A stretch of 64,000 nt of DNA, taken from positions 1 through 64,000 of the IMG/VR virus record IMGVR_UViG_3300022910_000005; one strand, written 5' to 3'. Source of the DNA: a virus. A model generated the notes under the pieces. It searched no databases. It worked only from the letters and a program-made list of their open reading frames with translations, and was not told where the DNA came from. Shown in pieces: positions 8,514 to 17,711 of this stretch; position 1 is the stretch's first letter, and every line of letters begins with the position of its first letter. A program made the position numbers and the translations under genes.

Positions 8514-9006
8514 TCTTCACCGCCTTGTCCAACTGGCTCCAATTGCAATTCATGACCAGGCGGCGATTCTTCAGGATCATCCCGGAATCCCATCCGTTCT
8601 TCACCCAATGCCCGACGTACGTCATGTCGCCGTGCTGAATGACGACCCGGACGGAATCCACGGGGCCGACCCGTTCGCTGCCGACCTGTTTACGAGCAGC
8701 CTTTCCAGTGGGCGTCTCCTCGCCGGTCGGTTCCATGATCGCAACGCTCAACGGAAGCCCGGTCGACGGAGTGATGTCCTCACCGACGGCGTGCGTGATC
8801 CGAACGTTCGCGCGCATCTCGATCCCCAACGTTGCGAGACGGCGAGCGTTGGGCGGAACGATCGGAGCGTGGGCCGTCACCTCGATCGCTCGCTGCACCG
8901 GCTCCGGATGAACGATCGCAACGTACGTCGTCTTGCCCCACGTTCGACCGTCGACCGGAACGCTCTCCAACGTTGGGTCGAGGTGAGCGTTGTGATCGTC
9001 AGCCAC
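8443..9006 (-). CDS. hypothetical protein
   Basis: GTG at 9006 overlapping upstream stop; contains AACGTT cluster. Confidence 0.6.
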   Translation of the reverse strand: MADDHNAHLDPTLESVPVDGRTWGKTTYVAIVHPEPVQRAIEVTAHAPIVPPNARRLATLGIEMRANVRITHAVGEDITPSTGLPLSVAIMEPTGEETPTGKAARKQVGSERVGPVDSVRVVIQHGDMTYVGHWVKNGWDSGMILKNRRLVMNCNWSQLDKAVKNAKSEADLRGESDGQLQMSFPGN

Positions 9007-9403
9007 CGCAGAGCCTCCGGAACGAATCCATCGCAACGTTGTCGGGTCGAACGTTGAACTGGACGTGGGCCGGTGCGACGAACGTTCGGTTGAACCGGCT
9101 GCGGCTGTCCGTCTCACGGAAGTACTCGCCGATGTCAACGAACCGGCCAGCGTTGACGGCGTAGCGATGCGGTCCAGCCCGGCCGACGCGGTGACGGGCG
9201 GCGGCGCGCGCGACGAGGATCACCGGCCCTCGGCCCGGCTCGCCGTCCGCATCGTCCTCGATCACCCACCAGGCGGACATCCCGGCCAGGGGCTTGGCTA
9301 CCGCCCAGATCCGCCCGTAGCAGTCCGTCTCGTCGCCGTTGCCGTCGATGTCACGCCACGTAATGGACTTCGGCTCGCTTGCGGGGGGTTCTCTGGTTGC
9401 CAT
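8999..9403 (-). CDS. hypothetical protein (leaderless)
   Basis: minus-strand GTGACA-N18-TAGGAT promoter immediately upstream. Confidence 0.6.
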   Translation of the reverse strand: MATREPPASEPKSITWRDIDGNGDETDCYGRIWAVAKPLAGMSAWWVIEDDADGEPGRGPVILVARAAARHRVGRAGPHRYAVNAGRFVDIGEYFRETDSRSRFNRTFVAPAHVQFNVRPDNVAMDSFRRLCGG

Positions 9404-9536
9404 GTGTCACATCCTACTCCGGTTGACAACCGCTTGTCACCTGTCCCTTGTGTCCGATTCGCCCGGCTATGCCCCGACAATCCCGGCCAGTGATGCAGCC
9501 CACACTTCTCGTTGGCCGAATCGGGAACAAGATCCA

Positions 9537-9624
9537 CTGTCACAGGTGTCACAGGCAACTTATTAGTTTTCTAGCAGATTTTGCCTCGCAGGGAACGAAT
9601 CTAGAGCCTGTGACACCTGTGACA
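9537..9624. repeat. 88-bp origin-like element copy 1
   Basis: TGTCACAGGTGTCACAG / CTGTGACACCTGTGACA inverted arms around an AT-rich core; 5 mismatches to the copy at 45617. Confidence 0.9.
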
Positions 9625-9754
9625 CCCCAGGTCCAGGCTGTGTCACAGCCCCCGTAACCGAACCGATGCGGCACGCGCCCTTGAATGGCCGGGCTCTGTC
9701 AAGCGGTCGGTGTGACGCTTGCTGTGACACCCCTCGCCGAGGACAATTCGGCGC

Positions 9755-10045
9755 ATGAAGCAGCCGCGAGTGAATCCTCCTCGAACCCCGCTCACGTTCA
9801 CGCAGCGTGACTATGACCGTGCCGACATGGCCGGTCTGATGGTCCGCCTGGACGGCCGCCGGGCGGTCCTGGTGAACGAGGAAGGCTCCCACCACGACTA
9901 CCGGGTGGTGGGCGAACTGCGATCCAGTGCGCTGGCTGTGGTGGTGGACGTGGTGCGCGATGAGGCGTGGTGGCGGCACAAGCACCTGGCGATGCGCATG
10001 GAGCCCATCCGCTGGCCTGCCGCTGCCGTCTGGGTGGAGATGTAG
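9755..10045 (+). CDS. hypothetical protein
   Basis: GAGGA RBS and ORF. Confidence 0.5.
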   Translation: MKQPRVNPPRTPLTFTQRDYDRADMAGLMVRLDGRRAVLVNEEGSHHDYRVVGELRSSALAVVVDVVRDEAWWRHKHLAMRMEPIRWPAAAVWVEM

Positions 10046-10430
10046 GCACCCGGCCGCAGGTCGGGGGCCTGATGTCCGTAAACGGGCATACGGGCCGCCT
10101 GGATGTCCGGGAAGTGCCTGATGGTGGACATGAGGAGGGGCTCCGGGGAGGCATAAGCCGTCAACCCGGAGCCCCACGCGGTCCGTCCTGCACCTGCCGC
10201 AACGCCTCCGCCGACCCTGCACCCGGTGGAAACGCTCGCCATGCTTGAACTGAACCGCCTGTCGAGCGTACCAGCGATGTCAAGTTCTTGGTAACGCTGC
10301 TATCGGTTCAGCCCTACCCGGCGGCCGGGGGTGGCTCAGCCGAGAAGTGCGTAGGCGCAGGTCAGGAAACCGAGCGCGATCCCGATGCCCAGCCCGAGGC
10401 AGAAGCCGGTCCAGAAATCCTCCGGCGTGT

Positions 10431-10613
10431 TCACCAGATCCATCCGAGCCAGCGGTCCATGAGGTGCCAGCCGAACCACCAGGTGGGGACGGACACGGCC
10501 GCCCCGGCCTGAAGTCCGACGTACCAGAGCGCCAGCGTCTGCCAGGTCGCCCGCCCGCCTCGGTGCACGGCGGCCCGGGGTGGCGCGATGATCTCGTCGA
10601 AGGTGCTGGTCAC
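10431..10613 (-). CDS. small membrane protein
   Basis: hydrophobic Trp-rich ORF among several small TM ORFs (about 10336-10702). Confidence 0.5.
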   Translation of the reverse strand: MTSTFDEIIAPPRAAVHRGGRATWQTLALWYVGLQAGAAVSVPTWWFGWHLMDRWLGWIW

Positions 10614-10692
10614 AGGCCCTTCCTTCCGTTGATCAGCATGGCCAGCCCGGTCACACCGGAGCCGATCATGATCAGGACCAGCCAGATGACGT

Positions 10693-10968
10693 TCACGTCC
10701 ACGGTCCGTCCTCCTTCAGGTTGGGCGGGGTGAGGTTCAGGTAGATGTCCGACATGCCGTTCCTGCTGGTCAGGCGCAGGGCGTCTTGGCCGTTCAGCAG
10801 CAGCCGTTCGGCGGTGTGAGCCTGCTGGAGCGCTCCGAGCGCCTCGGAGAGGGTCCACATGCGCCGGGGGCCGCCGAGCCAGCCGGTGACGCTGTGGGCG
10901 GCGGTGGCCCACAGCAGCGGCTCGGCGTCCACCTTCCGCATGACGATCACGAAATCCTTGCGCTTCAT
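10693..10968 (-). CDS. hypothetical protein
   Basis: ATGA overlap with upstream gene. Confidence 0.55.
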   Translation of the reverse strand: MKRKDFVIVMRKVDAEPLLWATAAHSVTGWLGGPRRMWTLSEALGALQQAHTAERLLLNGQDALRLTSRNGMSDIYLNLTPPNLKEDGPWT

Positions 10969-11750
10969 GACCAGACCCGCTGGACGGACTTCAGTTCGGT
11001 CTGCCGCCCGTAGTGCTTGTGCTCGACGTGCGCGGCAACGACAGCGTTGACGGTGACCTCCTCGCCGAGTTCGACAACGTTGGCCCACGCGGCGCTGCTG
11101 GTCATCTTCAACGCTGACCCGTCGCTGGCCTCCAGGATCACCAGAACGTTCGGCTTCCGCTCGCCGTAGCGACTGGGCAGCGTTGCAACGTTCGTGACGC
11201 GACCGGCGAACGTTCCGCCCTCCCCAACGCTGCCGACGTAGGAACGTTGCGGCGTCTCGAACGCTTCGCTCAACGCTCGGTCCAGCAGGAGGCTGACGGC
11301 GTAACGTTCCTGCGTAACGTTGAGGGGCATCTGGATCGCACGCAGCGCCAGCGACAGCAGCGTCGGATCAACGTTGCGGTCGCTGCCGGAACGTACGACG
11401 GCCAGCAGGTAGGCCACATCAGGCACGCGGGCGGCCCATTCGTCGATGTCCGCGAGCCTTTCCAGTTCCTTCTTCTTGGCGTATGTCATGGGCGAGTTCT
11501 CGAATCGGATGCGCTTGCGCAGCACCTCCTTCATGCGGAATTCCGATCCGGCGAGCCGGAGGATTTCTGATCCACCGCAGCGCGGGCAGCGGTCATGGTC
11601 GATCCCCGGGCAGAATTCGTACCAGGCGTCGTTCTCGGCCTTCAGGAGGGTTTTACCGTTGACGTCGTAGGCGAGGTATTCCTGTCCGTTCATGGGCCAG
11701 CGGGGATCGTGAAGGAGGGTCGGGCTGATCGCGATGGTTGAGGTTGGCAT
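10965..11750 (-). CDS. phage protein with predicted C-terminal OB-fold (leaderless)
   Basis: YVGSVGE...SRYG...GEEVTVNAVV..H...GRQTEL pattern; promoter 11758-11786. Confidence 0.65.
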   Translation of the reverse strand: MPTSTIAISPTLLHDPRWPMNGQEYLAYDVNGKTLLKAENDAWYEFCPGIDHDRCPRCGGSEILRLAGSEFRMKEVLRKRIRFENSPMTYAKKKELERLADIDEWAARVPDVAYLLAVVRSGSDRNVDPTLLSLALRAIQMPLNVTQERYAVSLLLDRALSEAFETPQRSYVGSVGEGGTFAGRVTNVATLPSRYGERKPNVLVILEASDGSALKMTSSAAWANVVELGEEVTVNAVVAAHVEHKHYGRQTELKSVQRVWS

Positions 11751-11757
11751 GGGTAGT

Positions 11758-11786
11758 ACGCTACAGAAGGGCGCTTGACTTGTCAA
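11758..11786 (-). promoter_or_regulatory. promoter TTGACA-N17-TAGCGT, leaderless
   Basis: TAGCGTACTACCC-ATG, same tail as the plus-strand family. Confidence 0.85.
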
Positions 11787-11858
11787 GCCCCTACCAACCG
11801 CTTGTCAACTAGAGAGGCCCGGCCCCCACGATCGGGAGCCGGGCTGGTGGACGGTGGG

Positions 11859-12317
11859 TCAGCGGGTGACGATCGTTCCCTTCGTCGTGCCGGGGCCGTA
11901 GGCGTACACCGAGGCCGCGTAGGCGGCACCCTCGGGATGCACCTGCTGCGCGTAGTTGAAGATCCGCGCCGTCTCCAGGGCGACCTCCTTGTCCGACGTG
12001 ATGGTGACCGGCGGCGCGCTCAGGTTGTCGACCACGACCGCATAGTGGGTCGGCTTCTCGAACGGGATGTACCGGGTCGCTCGCATGGTCCCCACCGACC
12101 GGTCGTCGTCCAGCACCCGCTCCGCGTTCCGCTTCTGCCGTTCGGTGAGCGTGAGTCGCGGCGACGTTCCCCGCGCCTGGAACGCCTCCTGCCGGTACTC
12201 GTCTTCGAGCCTGCGGTGCCGGGCGGCTTCCTCAGGACCCCAGCGAGAACTCGGTCGCCTGGCGCAGTGCAGGAGGAAGGCGAAGTCGCCCATCGAGATG
12301 TTCATGTTGTGCGTCAT
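11859..12317 (-). CDS. hypothetical protein (leaderless)
   Basis: TTGCCA-N18-GAGAGT-N7-ATG. Confidence 0.6.
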   Translation of the reverse strand: MTHNMNISMGDFAFLLHCARRPSSRWGPEEAARHRRLEDEYRQEAFQARGTSPRLTLTERQKRNAERVLDDDRSVGTMRATRYIPFEKPTHYAVVVDNLSAPPVTITSDKEVALETARIFNYAQQVHPEGAAYAASVYAYGPGTTKGTIVTR

Positions 12318-12324
12318 GGGATGT

Positions 12325-12387
12325 ACTCTCTCACAGTTGATAGCCGCTTGGCAAGGACTTGACAACTCAGGTGATCAGGAGCACGAT
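12325..12387. promoter_or_regulatory. divergent promoter pair
   Basis: minus-strand TTGCCA/GAGAGT; plus-strand TTGACA(12359)-N17-CACGAT-N6-ATG. Confidence 0.65.
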
Positions 12388-12393
12388 CGAGTC

Positions 12394-12633
12394 ATGACGA
12401 AGCGAGAGAGGATCGTGACCATTGCGAATGAGCATGGCTGGCGCGAGACGAACTACAGCACCGCCCTGGCTCTGCAACTGGAGCGTGGGGACGAACTGCT
12501 GACGGTCGGCATTCTCCCACTGGACGGCGGCCTGGGGCCGATCAGCGTCGGCGACTCCGCGACCCAGACGTCCCGGATGCTGCGTTCCGGTCTGCCCGGC
12601 CTGCTGGCGATCGTCCGCAAGTCCCGCCCGTGA
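12394..12633 (+). CDS. paralog family A protein
   Basis: R..I...A..HGW N-terminal pattern. Confidence 0.7.
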   Translation: MTKRERIVTIANEHGWRETNYSTALALQLERGDELLTVGILPLDGGLGPISVGDSATQTSRMLRSGLPGLLAIVRKSRP

Positions 12634-12887
12634 GCCGCCGCGAGGAGATCGTCGAGTACGCCCGGCGGATGGGCTGGCGCGAGTTCCGGCGGCCGGGCGA
12701 CTCGATCCACATGCTGAACCTGAACGCCGACCAGCCGAAGCGCGTTCATCTATCCGTCCACTTCAAGATCGACAGCGGGCACATCGACCTGGCGATCGGG
12801 GCGGCCGAGAACGGCACCGTTCAGGCCATCACGGGCGGCGTCCGTGAAGTGAAGCGATTCCTACGAGAGAGGCGGCACCGCAGGTGA
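12630..12887 (+). CDS. paralog family A protein
   Basis: GW, V.F...G.I..A and ITGG patterns. Confidence 0.75.
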   Translation: MSRREEIVEYARRMGWREFRRPGDSIHMLNLNADQPKRVHLSVHFKIDSGHIDLAIGAAENGTVQAITGGVREVKRFLRERRHRR

Positions 12888-13135
12888 GCACCAGAAGCGA
12901 ACTGCTGGACCAGGCGCTCCAGCATGGCTGGACGCAGGAGACCACGTTCGGGGACAAGGAATGGTTCCTGGAACTGGAGAAGAGCACGCCCAACGAGCGC
13001 AAGGTCCGGCTGCGGGTGGAGTTCACCGAGTCCGGCCGCGTCGACTTCGCCATCGCCTTCGTGCGCGGCGTCGGCGAGCAGCGGATCACGGGCGGCCGGA
13101 CGGCTGTCCTGCGCTACATCAAGGCCGCGAAGTGA
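12884..13135 (+). CDS. paralog family A protein
   Basis: HGW, VEF..SGRV..A and ITGG patterns. Confidence 0.75.
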   Translation: MSTRSELLDQALQHGWTQETTFGDKEWFLELEKSTPNERKVRLRVEFTESGRVDFAIAFVRGVGEQRITGGRTAVLRYIKAAK

Positions 13136-13392
13136 ACCCCGTCGGCTCGCACGAGAACAAGATCCTGGTGGCGGCCCAGCAGTTCGGCTGGGACGTCGAG
13201 CACGAGCGCAACGGCTGGATCGTGCTGACCCGCCCGCCGGGGCCGATGATCCATCGCACGCCCCGCGACCGGATCTGCGTGCAGTTGAACGTCGGCGGCC
13301 GGTTGATGGGCGCTTTCTACGGCACGGAAGGCCAGCCGTACCAGGTGCCCAATCCGCTGATCAGCAACGTCCTGGAGATGATCGCCCGATGA
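13132..13392 (+). CDS. paralog family A protein
   Basis: FGW and V.L..GGRL..A patterns. Confidence 0.65.
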   Translation: MNPVGSHENKILVAAQQFGWDVEHERNGWIVLTRPPGPMIHRTPRDRICVQLNVGGRLMGAFYGTEGQPYQVPNPLISNVLEMIAR

Positions 13393-13616
13393 AGCGTCCG
13401 AGCAGGGTACGCAGTGCGTTCGGCACGCCGGTCGAGGTGGAACTGGAGTGGGAGGAGGACGGGCAGTACTCGCACTTCATCCTGGACGGCTACCGGTACC
13501 AGATGGGTCCGCGCGGCACCTGCACCACCGCGCCGAAGGGCCGCCCGAGGTACACCGTCGACTGGACGGACCTGCGGGTGGCGCTGGCGCAGACCGGCTG
13601 GGACATCGTCCGGTGA
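13389..13616 (+). CDS. paralog family B protein
   Basis: LDG..YQMGP...L...GW.IV. Confidence 0.7.
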   Translation: MKRPSRVRSAFGTPVEVELEWEEDGQYSHFILDGYRYQMGPRGTCTTAPKGRPRYTVDWTDLRVALAQTGWDIVR

Positions 13617-13837
13617 GGCTGCCGGTGAAGGTCGTCAGCCGGTTCGGCCGGGTGCAGCGGCAGATCGAGTGGCAGCAGGAGGGCGGCATGTCTGTCGGCC
13701 TGCTGGACGGGAAGAAGTACCAGATGGGTCCGGGTCGTGTCGTGCGCGTCTGGAGCCTGAGCGTGGCATCCGACGTCCAGGATTACGCCTACCTGGAGAA
13801 GGCGTTGCACGACAACGGCTGGCACATCGTCGCCTGA
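13613..13837 (+). CDS. paralog family B protein
   Basis: LDG..YQMGP...L...GW.IV. Confidence 0.7.
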   Translation: MRLPVKVVSRFGRVQRQIEWQQEGGMSVGLLDGKKYQMGPGRVVRVWSLSVASDVQDYAYLEKALHDNGWHIVA

Positions 13838-13961
13838 TTCTTCGGGTCGGCCGCCGATTCCAAGGCGGCGGCCGGTCCCTGTGGTCGCGTCAACCTCACC
13901 GCCCTGATTCCAATAGGGGAGCCCGGAAGGATGGCAGGAAGTCTGCCAGCGCGAAGGAGTA

Positions 13962-14000
13962 GAGCCCGGCCAGGTGCGCGCCAATGCCCTGGCCGGGCTC
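13962..14000 (+). terminator. GCCCGGCC-stem terminator
   Basis: GAGCCCGGCCAGG...CCTGGCCGGGCTC. Confidence 0.75.
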
Positions 14001-14052
14001 CTCTGCATCCAGTGAGTTGACAACTCCATGACATGCATGTAGAGTTCTGCTC

Positions 14053-14190
14053 ATGGAGAACAGCGAGAGGGTCCGCCGGACTCTGGAGCGTCGCCGCAGC
14101 GGGGCCGCCGGTAAGCATGGCGACCGGCGCACGAAGCGGCTCCGCTCTCGGTCCGCCATCAAGAGTCACGCGATCAAGGAGGCACGATGA
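14053..14190 (+). CDS. 45-aa Arg-rich leaderless peptide (not in ORF track)
   Basis: TTGACA(14017)-N17-TAGAGT-N7-ATG; ATGA overlap with the next gene. Confidence 0.65.
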   Translation: MENSERVRRTLERRRSGAAGKHGDRRTKRLRSRSAIKSHAIKEAR

Positions 14191-14519
14191 GCGACAAGAA
14201 CGTGGACATCACCCTGGTGGCCAGTTTGATCGACAGCGCCAGCCGCACGACGGCGGGCATCCTGATCGAGAACCTGGAGCCGCGCACGCTGAACCTCCCC
14301 GAGCGGACCGCCGCCCGGATGGTCATCAACCGGCTGCCGGGCATGGCGTTCGAGGTGGACGTGAACCGGCACGGCCAGGACGTGGCCGGTCTGCTTCAGG
14401 CCCTGGAGGCGTGCGGCAAGGAGTTGAAGCGGCTGTACGGCCGGGTCGAGGGCCTGGAGGCGCTGGCCACCCAGGACCGCGCCGACAAGGCCGCCCTGCG
14501 ACGCCTGATGGGCCTCTGA
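14187..14519 (+). CDS. hypothetical coiled-coil protein
   Basis: AGGAGG RBS. Confidence 0.65.
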   Translation: MSDKNVDITLVASLIDSASRTTAGILIENLEPRTLNLPERTAARMVINRLPGMAFEVDVNRHGQDVAGLLQALEACGKELKRLYGRVEGLEALATQDRADKAALRRLMGL

Positions 14520-14754
14520 TGGCGGCCACGGCGAAGCCGATCGTCTGGATTGAGACTCGGTTCGGCATGAAGATCGGCCGGGTCGGCGGCCGGGCCCTGT
14601 TCAGCATCATGAAGTCCACGAAGCGTGGCGACCATCGGGTGATCCTGTCCACCAGCCTGCCCGACCACGGCCTGAACTACTACGCCGACAGCGAGATCAA
14701 GGCGATGCAGATGGCCGGGACGATGATGCGCGAGTTCATCGCGGAGGCGACCGA

Positions 14755-15021
14755 GTGAAAACCCTCCTGAAGGCCCTGATCGAGTCCGGCAAGAAAGGCT
14801 CGATGACCCTGAACGGCCTGCGGGTGAACCAGTACAAGAACGGCGTGATCAACGTGATCGAGCCGGATGGGACCCTCACCCGCGCCCGCCTGGACGAGTT
14901 CCGGGCGGCCCTGACCGCCGCCGGTTACCGCGAGAAGGAGTCGTGGGTCGCCTCGCAGGGCGTCTCCTGGCTGTCGGATGGCGTTTTCGCTGGCGTGTCG
15001 ATGCGACTGGAGAAGATCTGA
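14755..15021 (+). CDS. hypothetical protein
   Basis: GTGA overlap. Confidence 0.6.
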   Translation: MKTLLKALIESGKKGSMTLNGLRVNQYKNGVINVIEPDGTLTRARLDEFRAALTAAGYREKESWVASQGVSWLSDGVFAGVSMRLEKI

Positions 15022-15443
15022 TGAGCCGCGCTCGCCTGCGGGTGTGCCTGGCGCTGATCCTGACGTCCGCTCTGCTGAACCTCGCCACCGGCCTGATCAT
15101 CGTCTGGCCCTACATCGGAAGGCTCGAATCATGGCTCAATGGCCGACCCTGAGCACCAACCAGCGGGACGCACTGATTGCCATCGCGGTTGAGCGGGTGG
15201 AGTTCTCCTGCATGACGAACGCGCAGGGCGTCAAGTACAGCATCGGCGGCCTGGGCGGCCCCCGCATCAAGCCGGTGACGATCAGCGCGCTGGCGAAGAA
15301 GGGCCTGATCAACGCCGAGTCGACCAACGACCGGATGTTCGGCCGGTCGCGGGTGATCCACCTGACGCAGTTGGGTTATCGGATGGTCACCTACTACGGC
15401 TGGAGCAGTTGACAACCGCTTATCAACTCTGGGAGAATGGCAC

Positions 15444-15695
15444 ATGGCAACCACAGAGAAGCGCAACCTCAGCGACATTGCCCGCGAGATCAAGGCCATC
15501 TGGTCCCGGATCGGCAACGGCGTCAGCCCGTACGCGAAGCCGTACCTCGACGCGATGATGGAACTCGATTCGGTCGACCAGGCGTACTACGCCGAGGACG
15601 GCCGCACACAGGTCCGCTACTTCCTGTCCAACGCCCAGTCGTTCCGGGGCGCGGACGCGAAGCGCCTGAAGGCCGAACTGAAGGCCCTGCTGTGA
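15444..15695 (+). CDS. conserved-type phage hypothetical protein (leaderless)
   Basis: AKPYLDAM...YFLSNA..FRG..AK..KAELK pattern; promoter at 15409. Confidence 0.7.
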   Translation: MATTEKRNLSDIAREIKAIWSRIGNGVSPYAKPYLDAMMELDSVDQAYYAEDGRTQVRYFLSNAQSFRGADAKRLKAELKALL

Positions 15696-16001
15696 GCGTC
15701 GTCCTGACCGAACTGGAGTGGAAGCGAATCAAGAGGACCCGCGACCAGGCGATCGTTGATCTCGACGGCGTGATCGCGATGACGAACGATCTGTCCGTCG
15801 AGGACCGGATCAAGAAGATCCAGGCTGACCTGAAGGCGGGCGTGAAATGAGGCATCAGCGCATCCGTTCCGGCTGGTGGATCATCGGCCCGTACATCGTG
15901 AAGCGAGTCGAGCCGAATCTCTGGCAGGCAACCCTGAACGGCTCCTGGGTCACCACCCGACCCACCCTGCGTGCCGTGATCGAAGACTTGGAGGCCGGAC
16001 G

Positions 16002-16241
16002 ATGAAGACCGACAGCCGTAAAGCCCTGCACACTGCCGCCGTCCACAACCGCTGGGACGTGAGGCTGCTCGGCGGGCCGTTTACCCTCTCCCGGCCGGGC
16101 GTGGCGATCACCGTCTACTTCAACGACGCGAACGGCCGAGTCCGGGCGGCTTACTTCCAGACCACCGAGAACCAGCACCCGGAGCGCATTCTCGGCGGCG
16201 TCCCGGCGATCGTCGCTGAACTCAAGCGGTTCGGCGGATGA
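16002..16241 (+). CDS. paralog family A protein
   Basis: VYF...GRV..A and RILGG patterns. Confidence 0.65.
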   Translation: MKTDSRKALHTAAVHNRWDVRLLGGPFTLSRPGVAITVYFNDANGRVRAAYFQTTENQHPERILGGVPAIVAELKRFGG

Positions 16242-16750
16242 TCCCCGTGGAGACCACCGTGGCAACGACGCCCGAAGTTCTCCAGGGGCCGTGGGAAGCG
16301 CTCGCCGAGCAGGTCGCCCGGCGGGCCCACGGCACCACCCGCAACAAGCATGACGGCACGCTCTACATCCTCCACCCGCAGTGGGTGGTCGAGTACCTGC
16401 GCCGCCGGGGATCGTCCGACATCCGCCTGGCCATCGCCTGGCTGCATGACGTGGTCGAGGACACCAGCCTGACCCTCGAAGATCTGTCCTGGATCTTCCC
16501 GATGATCATCGTTGAGGCGGTCGACGCGCTGACGCACCGGCCGGGCGAATCCCGCAAGGACTACTGCGCCCGGGTCGGGGCCGTCCTGGACGCGCTGATC
16601 GTGAAACTGGCTGACCTGCGCCACAACACGGACCGCTCCCGCCGGGAAGGACTGCCGCCCCTGGTGGTGACCCGGCTGGACCTGAAGTACACCGAAACGC
16701 ACCTGGAACTGAATCAATGGATCATCTACCACCTGGAGAACCCAGCATGA
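16238..16750 (+). CDS. HD-domain hydrolase (RelA/SpoT hydrolase-like, small alarmone hydrolase type)
   Basis: AH, YILHP, AWLHDVVEDT, VKLADLRHN motifs. Confidence 0.85.
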   Translation: MIPVETTVATTPEVLQGPWEALAEQVARRAHGTTRNKHDGTLYILHPQWVVEYLRRRGSSDIRLAIAWLHDVVEDTSLTLEDLSWIFPMIIVEAVDALTHRPGESRKDYCARVGAVLDALIVKLADLRHNTDRSRREGLPPLVVTRLDLKYTETHLELNQWIIYHLENPA

Positions 16751-17583
16751 GCAACGAGAAGCCGCACGCCGACCCGGCTGAGAACGCTGTCGGCGACAAG
16801 CCGACCGACTGGGGCACGAACGTCGGCCGACAGAGCCTGGACGATGACGTGGCCGCGCTGGCTGCCGCGTCCGGCACCCCGCAGGCGCTGCTGACGCCCG
16901 CCGCCGACCAGAAGATCGACGACGACGACGATCTGATCGTCTCGGACGCGCAGACGCTGCGCATGCTGATGGTGGAGCGGGCGGCGAAGGTGCTCGTCGA
17001 CCTGGCCGAGCGGCCGGGCTTCGGTCGCCGGGCGGCCGTCGACCTGGAGGACGTGCTGGAGTTGGCCGACTACTACATCGGGGACGAGGACTACCCGATG
17101 AAGAACGTGGTGGTGGACGAGGGCAAGCGCTTCTTCGACCAGATGACCCAGCAGGCCGACTTTCGCCCGAAGATCGCCCCCTGGCTCGACGGCGTCCTCA
17201 GCCCGTCGTCGGAGTCGTTCATTGCCGACCGGGCGGCGGCGCAGGCCGAGCAGGCGCGCCTCTACCGCGAAGGCACCGGCGGCCTCTTCCACTCGATGAT
17301 GAAGCCGGGCGCGCGCCACCCCAGGTCAACGACCGGCAAGGAGCCGACATTCGCTGAGCGGATGGACAGCCTGTTCGGCAAGCCGGTGCAGGCGAACATC
17401 CGGGTCGAGGAACTCCAGGTCGATGACCTGGTGACCAGCCACGGCGACGTGGTGATCGGCCAGCCGACCTGGGACGGCCGAGCCGAGCGCTGGGTGGTCG
17501 ACGTCTACTGCCCGAAGAAGGACGAGACCTACACCCACCGCGCGAAGGTGGACGACAGGGTCGACATCTTCAACGAGCGGTAA
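16747..17583 (+). CDS. hypothetical acidic protein
   Basis: ATGA overlap; GC3-rich codons. Confidence 0.65.
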   Translation: MSNEKPHADPAENAVGDKPTDWGTNVGRQSLDDDVAALAAASGTPQALLTPAADQKIDDDDDLIVSDAQTLRMLMVERAAKVLVDLAERPGFGRRAAVDLEDVLELADYYIGDEDYPMKNVVVDEGKRFFDQMTQQADFRPKIAPWLDGVLSPSSESFIADRAAAQAEQARLYREGTGGLFHSMMKPGARHPRSTTGKEPTFAERMDSLFGKPVQANIRVEELQVDDLVTSHGDVVIGQPTWDGRAERWVVDVYCPKKDETYTHRAKVDDRVDIFNER

Positions 17584-17600
17584 CCGATCCACCACAGACG

Positions 17601-17632
17601 AGCCCGGCCAGGCAACCGCCCGGCCGGGCTTC
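17601..17632 (+). terminator. GCCCGGCC-stem terminator, identical to 56483-56514
   Basis: AGCCCGGCCAGGCAACCGCCCGGCCGGGCTTC. Confidence 0.85.
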
Positions 17633-17711
17633 TCTGTGTTGCCAACGAGTTGACAACCGCTTGTCACTCTGATTGACTGTACTCATCGAACCAAGCGAAA
17701 CGGAGACCACC

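Noticed and set aside
10050-10330. Hairpin-rich gap and ORF 9898..10242
   Set aside because: The ORF lacks coding-like codon bias and the hairpin at about 10137-10174 is adequately explained as a terminator between convergent genes.
13845-13955. tRNA gene
   Set aside because: No acceptor stem, T-arm GTTC or cloverleaf; only an anticodon-like arm.
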